DNA of 64,000 nucleotides from Klebsormidium nitens. Taxonomy: Eukaryota; Plantae; Klebsormidiophyceae. Position 1 is the first letter of the stretch, and every line of letters starts with the position of its first letter. Below the pieces are notes generated by a model. It saw only the letters and a list, made by a program, of their open reading frames with translations. It was not told the DNA's origin and did not search any database. Location of the stretch: assembly GCA_000708835.1 (NCBI GenBank), contig DF236979.1, forward strand, positions 124,001-188,000, given 5' to 3'. Shown here in pieces: positions 21,701 through 34,058 of this stretch. The position numbers were made by a program, and so were the translations under genes.

Positions 21701-24700
21701 CAGGCAACGGCACTTTGTCGGATTCGTTGCCTGTCCGAATCAAGAGCCTCGGGACATGGGTCCTGACCAAGGTTGGCACTGCATGAAGCGAATGCATAAA
21801 TCCGAACCTAGCAGAAACGGAGCTCGAGGAACTCATCCGAAACGGGCCGAGAATCGACAAAACGCAAAGGAGGGACTAAGACCCCAAGCGGGTACTTTGT
21901 GAAAGCGGGGCACCTCAAGAAGTTTCTCGGAAGTCAACCGAGATGTTGAAACCAGGTGTCCTTTCTTCGATAGCAGTCCAACAGCAACGGACTTCGTCGT
22001 CATCCTGTAAGTGTCAGAATGCATTCTCCACGAGTGTAAACATGCAGAAGGTAACAATCTAGGTCTGGTCTCCCGCACATTTTCGACCCAGAACAACTTG
22101 AAAGCTCTAGTTAAAAATTCCTTACCTCCCGCTCTAGTTCCCGGCACACGAGAGCCGTCCTCCAGCGCAGGTGCACTTTCGACACGCTGACGTCAGTGTA
22201 GATATGGTCGCCGACGTACATCGTCTCGTCGCCCGAGAATCCGAGCGCCTTCTCGACCATGTGAGCGCTCCCGCCGCAGTAGAGCCCACCTGAATTTTCG
22301 GGACAAAGGATCAGTTGGTGTTAAGGGTTTGCATTAAAATAACATTGGGGAACGTATGTGTTAAAAATTATTGTTTCGTCGCCCGAGAATCCGAGCCGCT
22401 CCTCCACCATGTGAGCGCTCCCGCCGCAATAAAGGCCACCTTGATTTTCAGAAGGAAGGACCAGTTCGTGAAGAAGGTTTGCTTAAAATATTCTACAGAA
22501 GAAGCTCGTATCGTTGTAAAGCTCAGCGCCTTCACCATGTGAGCGCTTCCGCCGCAATAGAGCCTACCTTGTTTTCGAAACAATGGAGTTAGTTCATAAA
22601 GAGTGTATGCAAAAAATATTATATTAGAAGTTTTCAGAAGAAGGTTGTATCGTTGCCAAAACCTTAAGCGTCTTCTCCACAATATGAGCGCTTCCGCCGC
22701 AATAGAGCCCACCTTGACATTGAGAAAAAAGGTTATTTAGAAACGAGATCTGCATTACGCAAACTCAGGAAACTTAAGTTTTGCAATAAGATTGTGTCGT
22801 TGCCCAAAATGCACAGCGCCTTCTTTACCATATGAGCGCTTCCGCCCGCAACAGAATCAGGTCGCGAAGACTCTTTGCATGCAGTAAATTCAGCAAACAT
22901 TTCGACCAGAAGAACAATTGTGCCTTTGCCTGAGAAGCCGAGCGGCTTGTCTTAGATGCGAACGCTTCGCCCGCAATACAAATCGCCTAGGCAACTGGAA
23001 CAGGCTGATCAAGAACTGACTAATTCTGTGTCTTGTTTGTGTACCCCCTAGCGTGCAGATCTGGTGTCCCGTCAATTATAGAATCAAAACACGTGGACTT
23101 CTGCCGCAATACAACCGCCTTGTACATTCGGAATAGACCGAAGTTAGCAACACGATTCGCAGGGTTATGACCCTTGCGCCGAATCAGTGTGAGCATGCCA
23201 GAGGAATCTCGTCTTCCAACCGTGTGGGCACTCCTCTGCGGAGCGGCAATGTATTGAAAACATGATCACTTGGAGTTTGAAGCACTTCACAATCTCAAGC
23301 TGTGGACGCACACGAGTGGTAAAACCCGAGAGAGCGAGCAAGCCCTATTTGCCATGTTAGATGGTTCGCAGGAACGGCGGGGTGGATCATTCCTTTAGAG
23401 GGTGTGCCTGCTCGAAAGGAGGTAAAAGACATCTCTAAGAAAACGCTGAAAAGGTAACAAAGTCTGTCAAGCGCTAAGGGCTTTGCTCAGAATTCATAAG
23501 AATGCCAAATGAAATGGAGAAATAAGCCGCCGCTCACCTGAGACTGCCTTGAAGCACGGCCTCATAAGCCCATCCTCCGTGACCACTTCGTACAAGGGAT
23601 GGTTCTTCTGGAAGAAGTCGGGCTTGCGTGCCGAGATGATAACCTGGCATAAAAGCAACGGACGGCTCAGAACGTGCTGTCGACGGGTCGCTGGCATTTA
23701 CTTTGCTCTTGCCACCTGTCGTTGCTTCTTTCGAAGGAGCTCTATTGGTGTTTAATGTGTGGATAGCCACCCTTAACTTCTTCCAGAGGTCAGAGTCGGC
23801 TTTTGTGAGGGGACCCGGAGTCCAATCGTGACAAAACCTTCAAAGATCGGATATTTCTGTACATCCTTATTGGGACAGATAGAAACACTTTGGGTTGACT
23901 TGCGTTCATGCAGCGATATCTGCCGGTCTAATAACCAAAAGCTGTCCTTGGTTTTCACGCTTCCGTGCAATAGAACCACGGTTGATCCAGACAACCTTGC
24001 TCGCAACTCCCGACAGCACGAGAAGTCCGGCCATTATGTTCAGTGTGAGCGAAGACGGAGATTGGAAGACTCACAACCAGCAGCTATTGCAAGCAAGCAT
24101 CCGCCAAAATCAGCATGCAAGAAATCATCTACGGGGGGAAATTCGCATTAAACAATACTAGGACACAGAGAGAATGACGTCTAACCATGTCAAAGAGGTC
24201 CCGCCAGACCATGCCTTTCGGCAGGAACCGGTCGAACGAGTGCGACATCATTTTGCTGGTGTACTGGTAGTCGCTGTTAGTGATCAGCAGCAATCGCTTC
24301 CCCGCCTGCTTCTGGTCCAACAGCGTGGTGGGTAGGTCGGGGTCCAACTCGACGTAACGCTCTGCAGGCAGACAAGGTGTGGCGTTACGCAGATACTTAG
24401 GTGTTCCAAATCCGAGGCCATGCCGTGAGGGCTCTCTAAATTAGCATCTTTTCCAAGCAGCGTGATATGTATGTTAAGTGTTACGACTTCAAGTTTCGCT
24501 TCTTGCAGAAAATACAGTAAGGAAAGTTGCATCATTCAAAGGTCGGAACTACAACACTCGGATTGAACCTTTGCAAACGATAAATTTTGACCGGTTCTGG
24601 GCCCCGATAAACAGACGAGGCACTTCGCACGATTGCCTGACGAGATACGGTCTGATGCCGTTGGCTCTCCAACTATTCGTCAGAATCAAGACCACATTTT

Positions 24701-27700
24701 CGGAACTAATTCCATATAAAGGACCAATCTGGGCCGTCAGATCGCTCGCCGCAACTTCACCTGGGTCGTTGATAATTTCCGCTTTGAGCTGTCCCTCAAC
24801 GTGCGCTCGGAACAGGGCCTTCGCGACGACCTGATACAGGCCCTGGTAATCGGTGCGCCCAACGTCGGGAGGTAAGAGGCCCTCGTCTAGCCGGTCGACC
24901 ATCTGGCAACGAGAGCGGGATAGGTAAGGCAACGGCGATATCCATAAGGCATTTGCGGATTGGGTACGGTTTCTGCATTTTGGATGGGGCTTTTTGGAAG
25001 TTTGAGGAACTTCGATGAGTCGCACAAGGCGTTCCGAATCGGACCCTTCTGTTAACGAGAGGTCAACAAATTGGACGTGACCATTTGGAAAGAACCTCGC
25101 AGTTCGGCCACACGTTTGAATCAAGGTCATTGCCAATCAGTTTTAACGAAGAAATGTTGCTTCTTGGTTCCCTAACCAGATGCGGCAATTCAATTGCGGC
25201 TTTGTCGAATCCTTAATAGGATCCTTTGTCGGGCCAACAGAATTTTTCGACGTTTCTTTTTGCGTCAAGCATGCCCCTTGACAGCTCGATTCACAACGCT
25301 CGATTTGGGGCCGTACGATTGTCAGCAGCTGCCAAGCGGACGGCTCATAATGGCTTCAAGGTTCAAAGCTTGCAGAGTACTGTTCCGCAAACCAAAGCGA
25401 AGCAGAGCAGAGAGGGGCGTATTCCCACCTGCATGTACATGACTGCCTCGCTCACGCTGAACAGAGTGTTCAGAAACTCCCAGCGGCCCTCCTTGCGCAG
25501 GTCCACCAGCTCCCGCCCGTACACGTCGCTGCCCACGATAATAAAACACATGACGTGAGCATGACGTCAGACTCGGTAGCCAAGTCTCGCGGTTCGACCT
25601 CCGGGCACAGTTTCCACGGGTGGAGACCCTGGAGGCGGCGCCTCTCTTTGTAACAAAATGTGAGCGACACACAGCCAAGCGGCTTGAGCTCAAATCAAGG
25701 AAAGCTGAGTCTGAAGCGCGTGTCAGGACATTCGTAAGAAGAGGGGTTTTCAGCAGGCAACTCGAATTAGGCAAGCCTGTCAGCCGAACCCTCGCCGTGT
25801 TCCTTCAACACACCAGACACCGTTCGATGGATCGACGTAGACCATCTGCATCACAGAAGACCTGATACTATTCGAACTAGTATGTCGAAAGATTGGGAGC
25901 TCACCTGATTGCCCGGTTGCTGAGCATGCGCGTCCCGTGCATGGCCCTCTTGACGTACCCGAACCGGTCCGCCTTCACCAGATTGCCCCGCTCCTTGTCC
26001 ATGATCAAGCCCCGAATTACCTGGGATGTGCGATGGAGCAGATGAGCATTTGACACACGAAGTCAGTGACCAGGCTACTGACGTGGCAGCCATCAGCACT
26101 GAAGATGGTCAGCCAATCCGGTCCTGGACAGGTTGAAAACGATGCAATCATGTAATAGTCGGACTATTCATGATGATAAACGCTGACAAAGAAGCTGTCC
26201 AGATTTCGGAAAAGCTTGTGCTGAAACAACTGAACCCTCACAGGCTCTTCAGCGCAAGCGGTCCAGTGAGGAGCCCCAAACGACAGTTCACAATAGCTCA
26301 CGAATCGGGCTAGAATGTTCCAAAGAGGAGACAAGTTCAATTAGGACGCATTCACCAGAGTTAGGCGTAACGAGGGATCCGGAAGCGAGAAAGCGTCTTT
26401 ATGTCGGACCACAAGTCTTTGCTAAAGATGACTCACCAAGCAATCTTGTGACAGGTGAAGAAAAGGCGCTGATATTACGGCTTACCAGGTCCGGGTCAAA
26501 TTCCAGACCCTCAACGGGGTACCCCAGCCGCCGCAGGTTATCCATGCCGTACTCATACGCTCGCCCCTCCCACTGCCGCACGTTGTAGTGTATAAGCGTG
26601 TAGTCCATGTCATAGCCTATGGTCGTAATGGAGCGCAGATTGACGGTGCGGCTGCAGAAGATGCCGCGCGACGCCTGCCCCTGCGGGAAGTGCGTCTGCG
26701 CAGGAAAACAAAGCGCCCACGCTATGAAATCGCAAAAACTGGCCTTCTTCTGTTTCCTTCTCCAAAAGGGCGGCGCACGATATCGAGTTGCCGGTCTTGT
26801 CATCATGACTTCTCTCTGCATAGAAGCCAGAGAAGTCCAAAGACACATCTGCGTCTGTTTCACTTGCCGTGAAATGGGGGCTTTGTTTTCATTGTTGCTC
26901 TAATTCTAGTATCTCCATTGCCTAGCAACTTACATGAGTATGACGTCGGGTACCTTTCTGGTTGAATTTTTGGAGATCTTCCCGGTGCTCAGACCCATCA
27001 TTGAAGGATTGCAAAACCCTTCGGATCCTGCACTACTGGAGTGTGTGCTTGATACTCAAATGTCTAAGAAGTTCGGATTCAAGACAACATTCTGAATCAT
27101 CCTTTGGAGCTTTCAAGCACACACTAATAAAGTGAACGTTTGTGTGGCATGCCAATGCAAAAGTCGCTATAGCTGTGCTTTATGATCTGTCAGATCTGCC
27201 AGCCTTTATCATTGAGCATTCGTGATCGACCTGTCCGATCCGAAGGTGGCATAATTATAGTCACAACAGTATCCGAGGCCCTTACCGGCAGTCCCAAGTT
27301 CCGGAGCATGTTCTCTGCTTTCTCCGCCTCAGCGGCTGCTTCCTTCTCAGAGCTCAGATCCACGTCATCGAACTTGCCTGCATGTAGAAGGGAGTCAAGC
27401 TTCAGTCCGCAGAAGTCGTAAAAACTCTAAGCAAATTGTTTCCGTCATACTCTGATTCCGGAACCCGAGCAGATAGGGAGAGGGTTGGCAAAAGTGCGTG
27501 TCCAGAAGAAAACCAGAGAAACAGTCTAAAATCTGCACAACTTTCTGCATCGACGACACATTTTGTGGTCTGTTAGTTCGATAAGTGGAGGGTAAAGTAA
27601 GGGAATCAAGAAGGAAGGAGAAGCTCAACGCAAGTGGGAAAAGGGCACTTATTTTTAATTCCTTTCACTTCGAATCTCTATTCTGGGCCTGCCAATGCTT

Positions 27701-28899
27701 CAACATTATTTTTGCACTGGTAAGAGGCCTGCATCGAGTTTCCAACCTGGAAACCTTCTGGAAGTTTACAGCAATGACCAAACAGCTCATAGTCACGCAT
27801 TGATCAGGACGTGATGTAGTAAAAACAAAGACCTTTCAGAGTCATCCTTTAAAGGTATGGATCATGCCCAAATCTGGATGAAGGGCGTACGTTTGTCAAG
27901 TGCGCGAAACTTACGGAGCCATGGTGTCCGTATGTCCCGCATATTCATATCAAACTTGGTGCTCTCCCCCAGGTAATCCACGCCCGCATCCTTCGAACTC
28001 TCCACCACGTAGAAAACATCGTCCGGAGGGGGGACTGACCCCGAGCTTCCTGACCCCCCGCCTGAGCCCACTGTCGCACCCAACTTTGCGCTTTGGCCTC
28101 CGTTAGCTCCACCACCTACTTCTCCCTCCTTCTGCCCCGCAGCCAATGAGTGGCTGCCACCTGGCGCGGCACCGCCACTTCCGTTCTTTCTACCCCCGTC
28201 CTCGGCACCCTGTAACTCCGCTTCCGAAGCCCCGTTCCCCTCCCCCCCGTCTTTGTTCCACCCATGCTTCAACCCCAGAACCGCGGCATCTTCCCGCGTC
28301 TCCTCGTCGCCAAAGCCCTCATCCTTGTTCTTCTCCGCGTCTAGTTTCAGCTCCTCGACTTCCAGCCCGAGCGGCGGCTTCCGGCTCGTCTCCAAGAGGC
28401 TCTCGAAGAACGCCGCGCCGCCGTCGCTCATAGTCCCTGGCGGCGTCTGCTTGTCGCTGCTGTCGGAGCTCGACGAGCAACGGACGCTGGGAGATCTCTG
28501 CTTCGCGCTACTGCCCGCATTGCTCAATGAGCGATGCCTGAAAGATCTGTGGTTCTTGTGACTGTTTCCCTGGCCCTGCGCTACAGTTTCCCGCCAATGT
28601 TGACTTGGGAGCCCAATTGTATTCGCAACTCCCACGAACTCATTGGAAGCGACGGGATTGCAGTAGGGTGTATTTGTGAGAGCAGAGCTGGGCTTCAATT
28701 GGGCATTGCTCCTTGTAGAAGTAAAACGCATGACAAAATTAGAAGAAGTTCCCATGAAGGAAGAACAGCCATCAGCTTTGGTACTACAACGACGGGGGCT
28801 GAGGTTTGCGTTGGGTTTCCGAGGCCCCCCTCCGAACACTGATGGTGCTACAGAGAGCACCTCCGGAAACTGTAGGCAGGCGGCCCATGTCAGAGCCAT
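18739..28899 (-). CDS. HAD-superfamily subfamily IG 5'-nucleotidase (cN-II/NT5DC family, plant type) with a long N-terminal extension, 14 exons
   Basis: Exons 28899-27915, 27377-27286, 26695-26486, 26020-25905, 25528-25429, 24902-24761, 24361-24186, 23643-23538, 22289-22126, 21536-21402, 20805-20675, 19978-19916, 19453-19375, 18906-18739. Motifs [15 protein letters not shown] (HAD motif I), [62 protein letters not shown]. Confidence 0.95.
22290..23125 (-). repeat. Tandem array of about 126-150 bp units (intron tail + acceptor + 5' end of nucleotidase exon 9), six decayed copies
   Basis: Exon-like starts at about 22439, 22567, 22712, 22860, 22986 and 23118 versus the true start at 22289. Shared core CATGTGAGCGCT(C/T)CCGCCGCAAT on the + strand. 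Confidence 0.9.
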
Positions 28900-29754
28900 T
28901 GCGTGCGTTGCACGACTTACGACCAGAAACCCATACTGCTATTGGGAGACAGCCTTCGACTTGGACGTCCAAGAAATCAAGCAAAGGGCCTCAATCCCTT
29001 CGCTTACGCGCAGGAGCATGATAGCGGGCGATGTAGCTGGTCCATGCCCCTTCGATCGAGAAACCCCGTTGAAGCTCGTACATTTCAAAAATGTTTACAC
29101 GCATAGGACAAGTGGCTTTACAAAGTATGTTTCTGAACGCCAGCCCGGTCGATCCATCGTGACCTCCTTGCAGAATCAACCAATAGTGTCTGAAAGAGGC
29201 AAAGCCCTCAATCAGTGCCAGCTCCACAAAAGGTGGAACCTGTCTACCTGCTAATCTCTACTCCCCCTCAAGTTCAACAGGATACCCGGCCGTGAATGCG
29301 GTGTGGTCGGATTGCTGTGGAGAGTGGCGCGAAGATAACTTCTGATCAAGGGAATCTTCTTTTCTCGAACTAGCCGGGGCGAGAGCAATCGCAGAATCTC
29401 CGAAATTGGTGAATTGCAGCCGTCGGTTGGTCTGCAGTGTGGATATCGACGGTTTTGAGTCGAGCTGATGGACTTAAAAGTGCCGGCCGCCCTGGGCCGT
29501 ACTTAAATTTACAGACACAGCATGAGTGTAAATCTGTTCTCGCAGTCACGAAGTGAGATAACAAAGGAATGCTGGGGTCTCGAGTCGTGCTACCTTAGCC
29601 TAGGTACCGTAGCACTTCGAAAGCAGAGCTCTGAATCTAGCTGTAATCCCTTCAATCCGATCCGCTACTAAGGGACTCCCTTGCTTCAGCAAAACAGGGA
29701 GCTCTTGCATGTGAGTCTGACAGGGGCAACAGGGGCCAACTTCTAACCGTCGCC

Positions 29755-32700
29755 ATGACCACCCCAGCCGGCGCACCTGGTGTTTACAATCCCCCATTAG
29801 GGCCAGCTCCACCTGCAGCAACGGCTGTCCCCACAGTGCACAAGGAGGAAGCTTATGATGACATCCCCATTGCGCAGCCCGTAAATATGGGGCAGGGGGG
29901 TGCCCCTACTCCAGGGATGCCATACAATCAGGGGGGGCAGTATCCGGGGGAGCAGTTTCCGGTATGTATGTTTGGGATCAATGCTGTGACTTTTCCAGAT
30001 AGGTGAATTTGATTTTTGACGTGCTGATTGTCGAGGCATGCTGTTTGTTGGCTAGTGGTAGTTGCTTAAGGAAGCTTCAGTCCTGAGTTTACTCATGTTC
30101 TGTTGTGTGGATCGGGGTAAGAAAGACCATCTTTTGAAGGTTTGGTTCTTGACAGCTGTGCGAACTGCATATTAGGCACAGAGTGCGCTCAATATCACGC
30201 TTGATACGCTTAAGAGGAAAATCATTCTCGATGGAAAGATGTTTGAGCCACTTCCAGTTTTTCTATTGTTCTGTTCACGCTGTTTTAGGGGGATGTTATT
30301 TCTTCGGTTGCTTACTGCCTGAGGTGTCCGTCTCTGGTAAGAAGAGTAATCACCAGTTCCCTTCTTTGGGGAGATCGATATAATCTTGGATCTCGTCAAA
30401 ACTTCTGCGAGGCCAATACCTCTATGGGAAACGTGTTTTGTCGTTTCAACCCTGAGACATCCTTGAACACGAGAAAAGGCGATGCGATCGAACTTTTCGA
30501 CACAGTTCTATGCCGGACTTGCTTATCAGCTTCACATGTCTTTCACGCCACCTTGGTTCTGTGTTGCCACCCTAAGCACCCTTAGAAGAGTTGACCAAGA
30601 TATAAAGAGGGAGAGAAACAATTACTGCTCTATTTCAGATAGTCTTTGCATCTGGCATTTGACAATGACCTTTCTTGGACCGGCTACTAGTAATAGACCC
30701 CCGCATCTATCTCCCTTTCGTCTGAGCCCGCTTCGAATCTTGCGGAACATACTCAACATACAGAGCTTTCCTTGTCTTTCTTGTCTTTCCAAGTTACCAG
30801 TGATTACCACTTCCTGAGAACTGCTTAGCTCCGTCTCTCCTTATTCCGCAGCCTCAGACTGGTTATCCCCCTCAGCCGGCGCCACCCCCAGGTTACGGTG
30901 GTCACCCAGGCTACGGCTTCCCTCCCCCTGGATATGGCCCTGGATTGATCCCCCCTCAGCAGCAATTCCCCCCCCAGTACAAGGCTGGCATGGTGCCCGA
31001 AAACGCAATCGTAGGACCCCCTGGGAACCTGCCTTTGGCGTACACGTTCTTTGGCGACACAGAGGCGCCGTACCACTGCAAAAAGTGCGGGAAGAACGGC
31101 TTGTCGAGAATGGAGTAAGTCGCCGACGACTGTCTGTTTGACATGATCTACGGTGCTCGAGCCGACTTCATGCTCACTGACGTGAGACTTTGTCTTGCTG
31201 GATTATCTCTCTGCCTGACATATGGGCTTGGTTTTTCAAATCGATAAACGCTGTTCAAGTTGCTTCAAGGCAGTGAGCCAAAATTCACGTGTTGTCGTGC
31301 CAAGTGTGAGCCACAATGTGTTTGACCAACATCTCGTGTTCCAAAGCTTCACAAAAGGGGTTAAGACGAGTTCAATCTTGGCAGAGTGACCGATCGTCAC
31401 GAACCCCAACTCTTTCCACCCGAATTTCCGTTCTGTCATCCGCGCACCCGTGCCTTTGTTACTGAATCTGCCATGTTACATTTGATTACCTCCTCCCCCG
31501 GTAGTGTGCTCGTTTCTTGTTCCTTGAAGTTTCTTTTGGTGTTTCTTACGCCAACTTTTGGCAGGCTTTCAACATGTTTCAAGGGTAACTTCATTTTGCG
31601 GTGGCCTTCCGCGTCTGCAAGCTAACCGTCTTCAGTACGCTGTCCCATACTCGATTGCACTGATCGGCTTGTGGCAACAAGCGTCACAGATTAGACCAGA
31701 TACCGTGCACTAATTTTCAACCTTGTTTATCAGCTTTCCTGGATGACTGACATCCGCCAGCGCTTCAGACAAGTCTCATGTGAAGCCGTTTCAGACCTAT
31801 GGGCCACATGTTTCCGACCGCTGCTTTTGAAGGTCCCTTTTCTAATAGTGGACCTTTCAACTTTCTGTTCGGTCGAACGCAGCTTCCAAACGACATACAG
31901 TTTCGAGCCTTCTTCCTGCTGTGCCTTGAGTTCGATGCTCACATTCGGATCCCACCAACGCTCGGAACCCAATCGTCCCCGCCACTTCAGCGATTTCCGC
32001 ACTTACCCGTGATTCCCTACAACCTGAACAGATATCCACTCGTATCGGCTGGGATTGATAGAACAACTTGCTTGTGGGTGCAGGCACCATTTCAGCCTCG
32101 CGGCGTGCCTCGGTTGTGTTGTGACATTGGTTGGCGTCTGCTTCCTGCTGCCGTCCTGCGACTGCCTCTGGAGCAAAACGCACTACTGCATACACTGCGG
32201 CGAGAAGGTACGACTCCCAAGCTTTTGCGTTCCGTCGTGCATTGAAGCATTTTGGACCTTTCTATTAAGTTTCGACTGCCGTCAGCGTCATGGTTTCTGG
32301 CCCTTGAAAACCTATTTTTGAAGAGCGGTGTTATGGGGTCGCTCCGCTGCTTCCGCTGCGAAGAGAAGGTACGATTCCTCTGCCCTGCGTTCTACTCCAC
32401 AGGATAAACAATATAAATCCGGTTTTGGACCTCTCCTGTCCCCATTGGTTGGAGATTGAGGAACTTTTGGTTTGCAAATCCAGTCCTGGAAGAGCTTTGT
32501 CCACGAGTTTCCTTATACCTGATAGTGGTTCATTGTCGCCACCATTGCATTATGTCGTTGCTGTTAGCGGTGAGACTCAAGAGTTTGTAAGGCAGACACG
32601 GCTATTCAAGCGTTTGTGCAATTGTGTGGGTCGAAGCAGCAGCGTTACGGTGCTATTGTCATGGTGAGGAGAGCAGATTGTCTCTCCCAGCGGGGGGACA

Positions 32701-33020
32701 ATGGCACCCCTACAAGCACGCGCCTTTGCAAGCATCCTACGCCGCACCGAACGAAGCACAGGTCGCTTACGAAACGGCTGCAAGAGTTCAATTGCAAGTT
32801 TCAAAGGCTCCGACGTTGTATCTAGAGTCATTTCCGATGTTCGCAACCGACCACTTGAATTGCCCGCACCGTTTCTAAAGTTTGCTGGTCACGATTTTGA
32901 GTGATCACTTGCACTTTGCAGGTTGGAGTTCACGACAAGTCCGATCCGTGCCTGGTGGCTGACCCGCCGAATTACACTAAACTCAGCTACGCAGTGCCGG
33001 CGTCAGGTGGCAACCAATGA
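29755..33020 (+). CDS. GILP: LITAF-domain zinc-ribbon membrane protein with Pro/Gly/Tyr-rich N-terminus (GILP-like), 4 exons
   Basis: Exons 29755-29961, 30852-31114, 32084-32207, 32922-33020. CKKCGKNG...hydrophobic stretch...CFLLPSCDCLWSKTHYCIHCGEK-VGVHDKSDPCLVADPP matches the plant GILP/LITAF layout. Confidence 0.92.
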
Positions 33021-34058
33021 CGTGGCGCATGGAAATCATGTAGACATCACAAGCTCCTAATATATAGGTAGACTGTTTTGAGGGGAGTACGTGTTTTACT
33101 GTACAGAGCCTTGTTTGCACGTATTGTAATCAGGAAGTAGTGCACGATATCTTTAACGTAGAGTCTGCGGAGGGTTGCGTCTAGGAGCCAAGAGGTGTTG
33201 GATCGAGGATTAAGCATTGAAGGGCGGCAGCGACTTTATTGCGGCAACAGTCAGACGTTTTGCTAGCCGTCATTGACAACATATCACGCGCGTCGACCTC
33301 ATGCTACTGCTTCCAGTGTAGTGAACCATTCGGCGCTCTGTAGACAAAATCTGAGCTAGAGATATCATGTACGGCATGTTCATGCCTATCTGTTTATACG
33401 CTAGTACAAGTCACTGTCATTTGCAGCAAATAGGATCCTCCAATCACTTGCGGAAACGCTAGATATACTATCAGGATCGCGCCGGCCATGTTAATATTGC
33501 CCACTTAGGCAATGTGCCACGTGGTACGTTACAGCTTATTGGTCAAGTTCAATGCTTTTGTGCTTGAAAATCGCATGAATACAGTAGCTACCAGACAGCG
33601 TTGACCACGTCATGTATGATTGAGTCTCAGAAAGCTGCATGCACTTCGGCGTGAGTCATCTTGGCCGGAGACGTATAAACTTAGTGGTTAGCTATCTGCG
33701 GATTAATTGCAATATCTTGCTGATAAACATGCACACATGCACCACATCATTGTCTCGGAATCAAGCTAGTCGTGTGCATGAATCATTGAATGCATGTTCA
33801 GTGAGTCCAGCCTGCGTGCTCATGCCGTGTCCAGCGGCTGCCGCGCGCACGTGTGACTCTCCAATCTTGTTAACGGCCGGCCTACTAGTAGGGCATGTTG
33901 CGATGATTTGATTCAATTGGATCGATCAAGGAAGACAGAGTATGCATGAGACATGCATGTTGCAACCATCCACTCAAACGAGAAGTGCCTGCAGTTGCTA
34001 TGTAGCAGCCCATGCTAGATTGCCGCCTAGGATTGGGTCCGTAGATTCTGCCCCTATG

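Noticed and set aside
22290-23125. CRISPR-like reading of the regularly spaced repeats
   Set aside because: The repeats are exon-head copies, the intervening sequences are homologous to each other rather than unique spacers, the context is a eukaryotic intron, and no cas genes are present.
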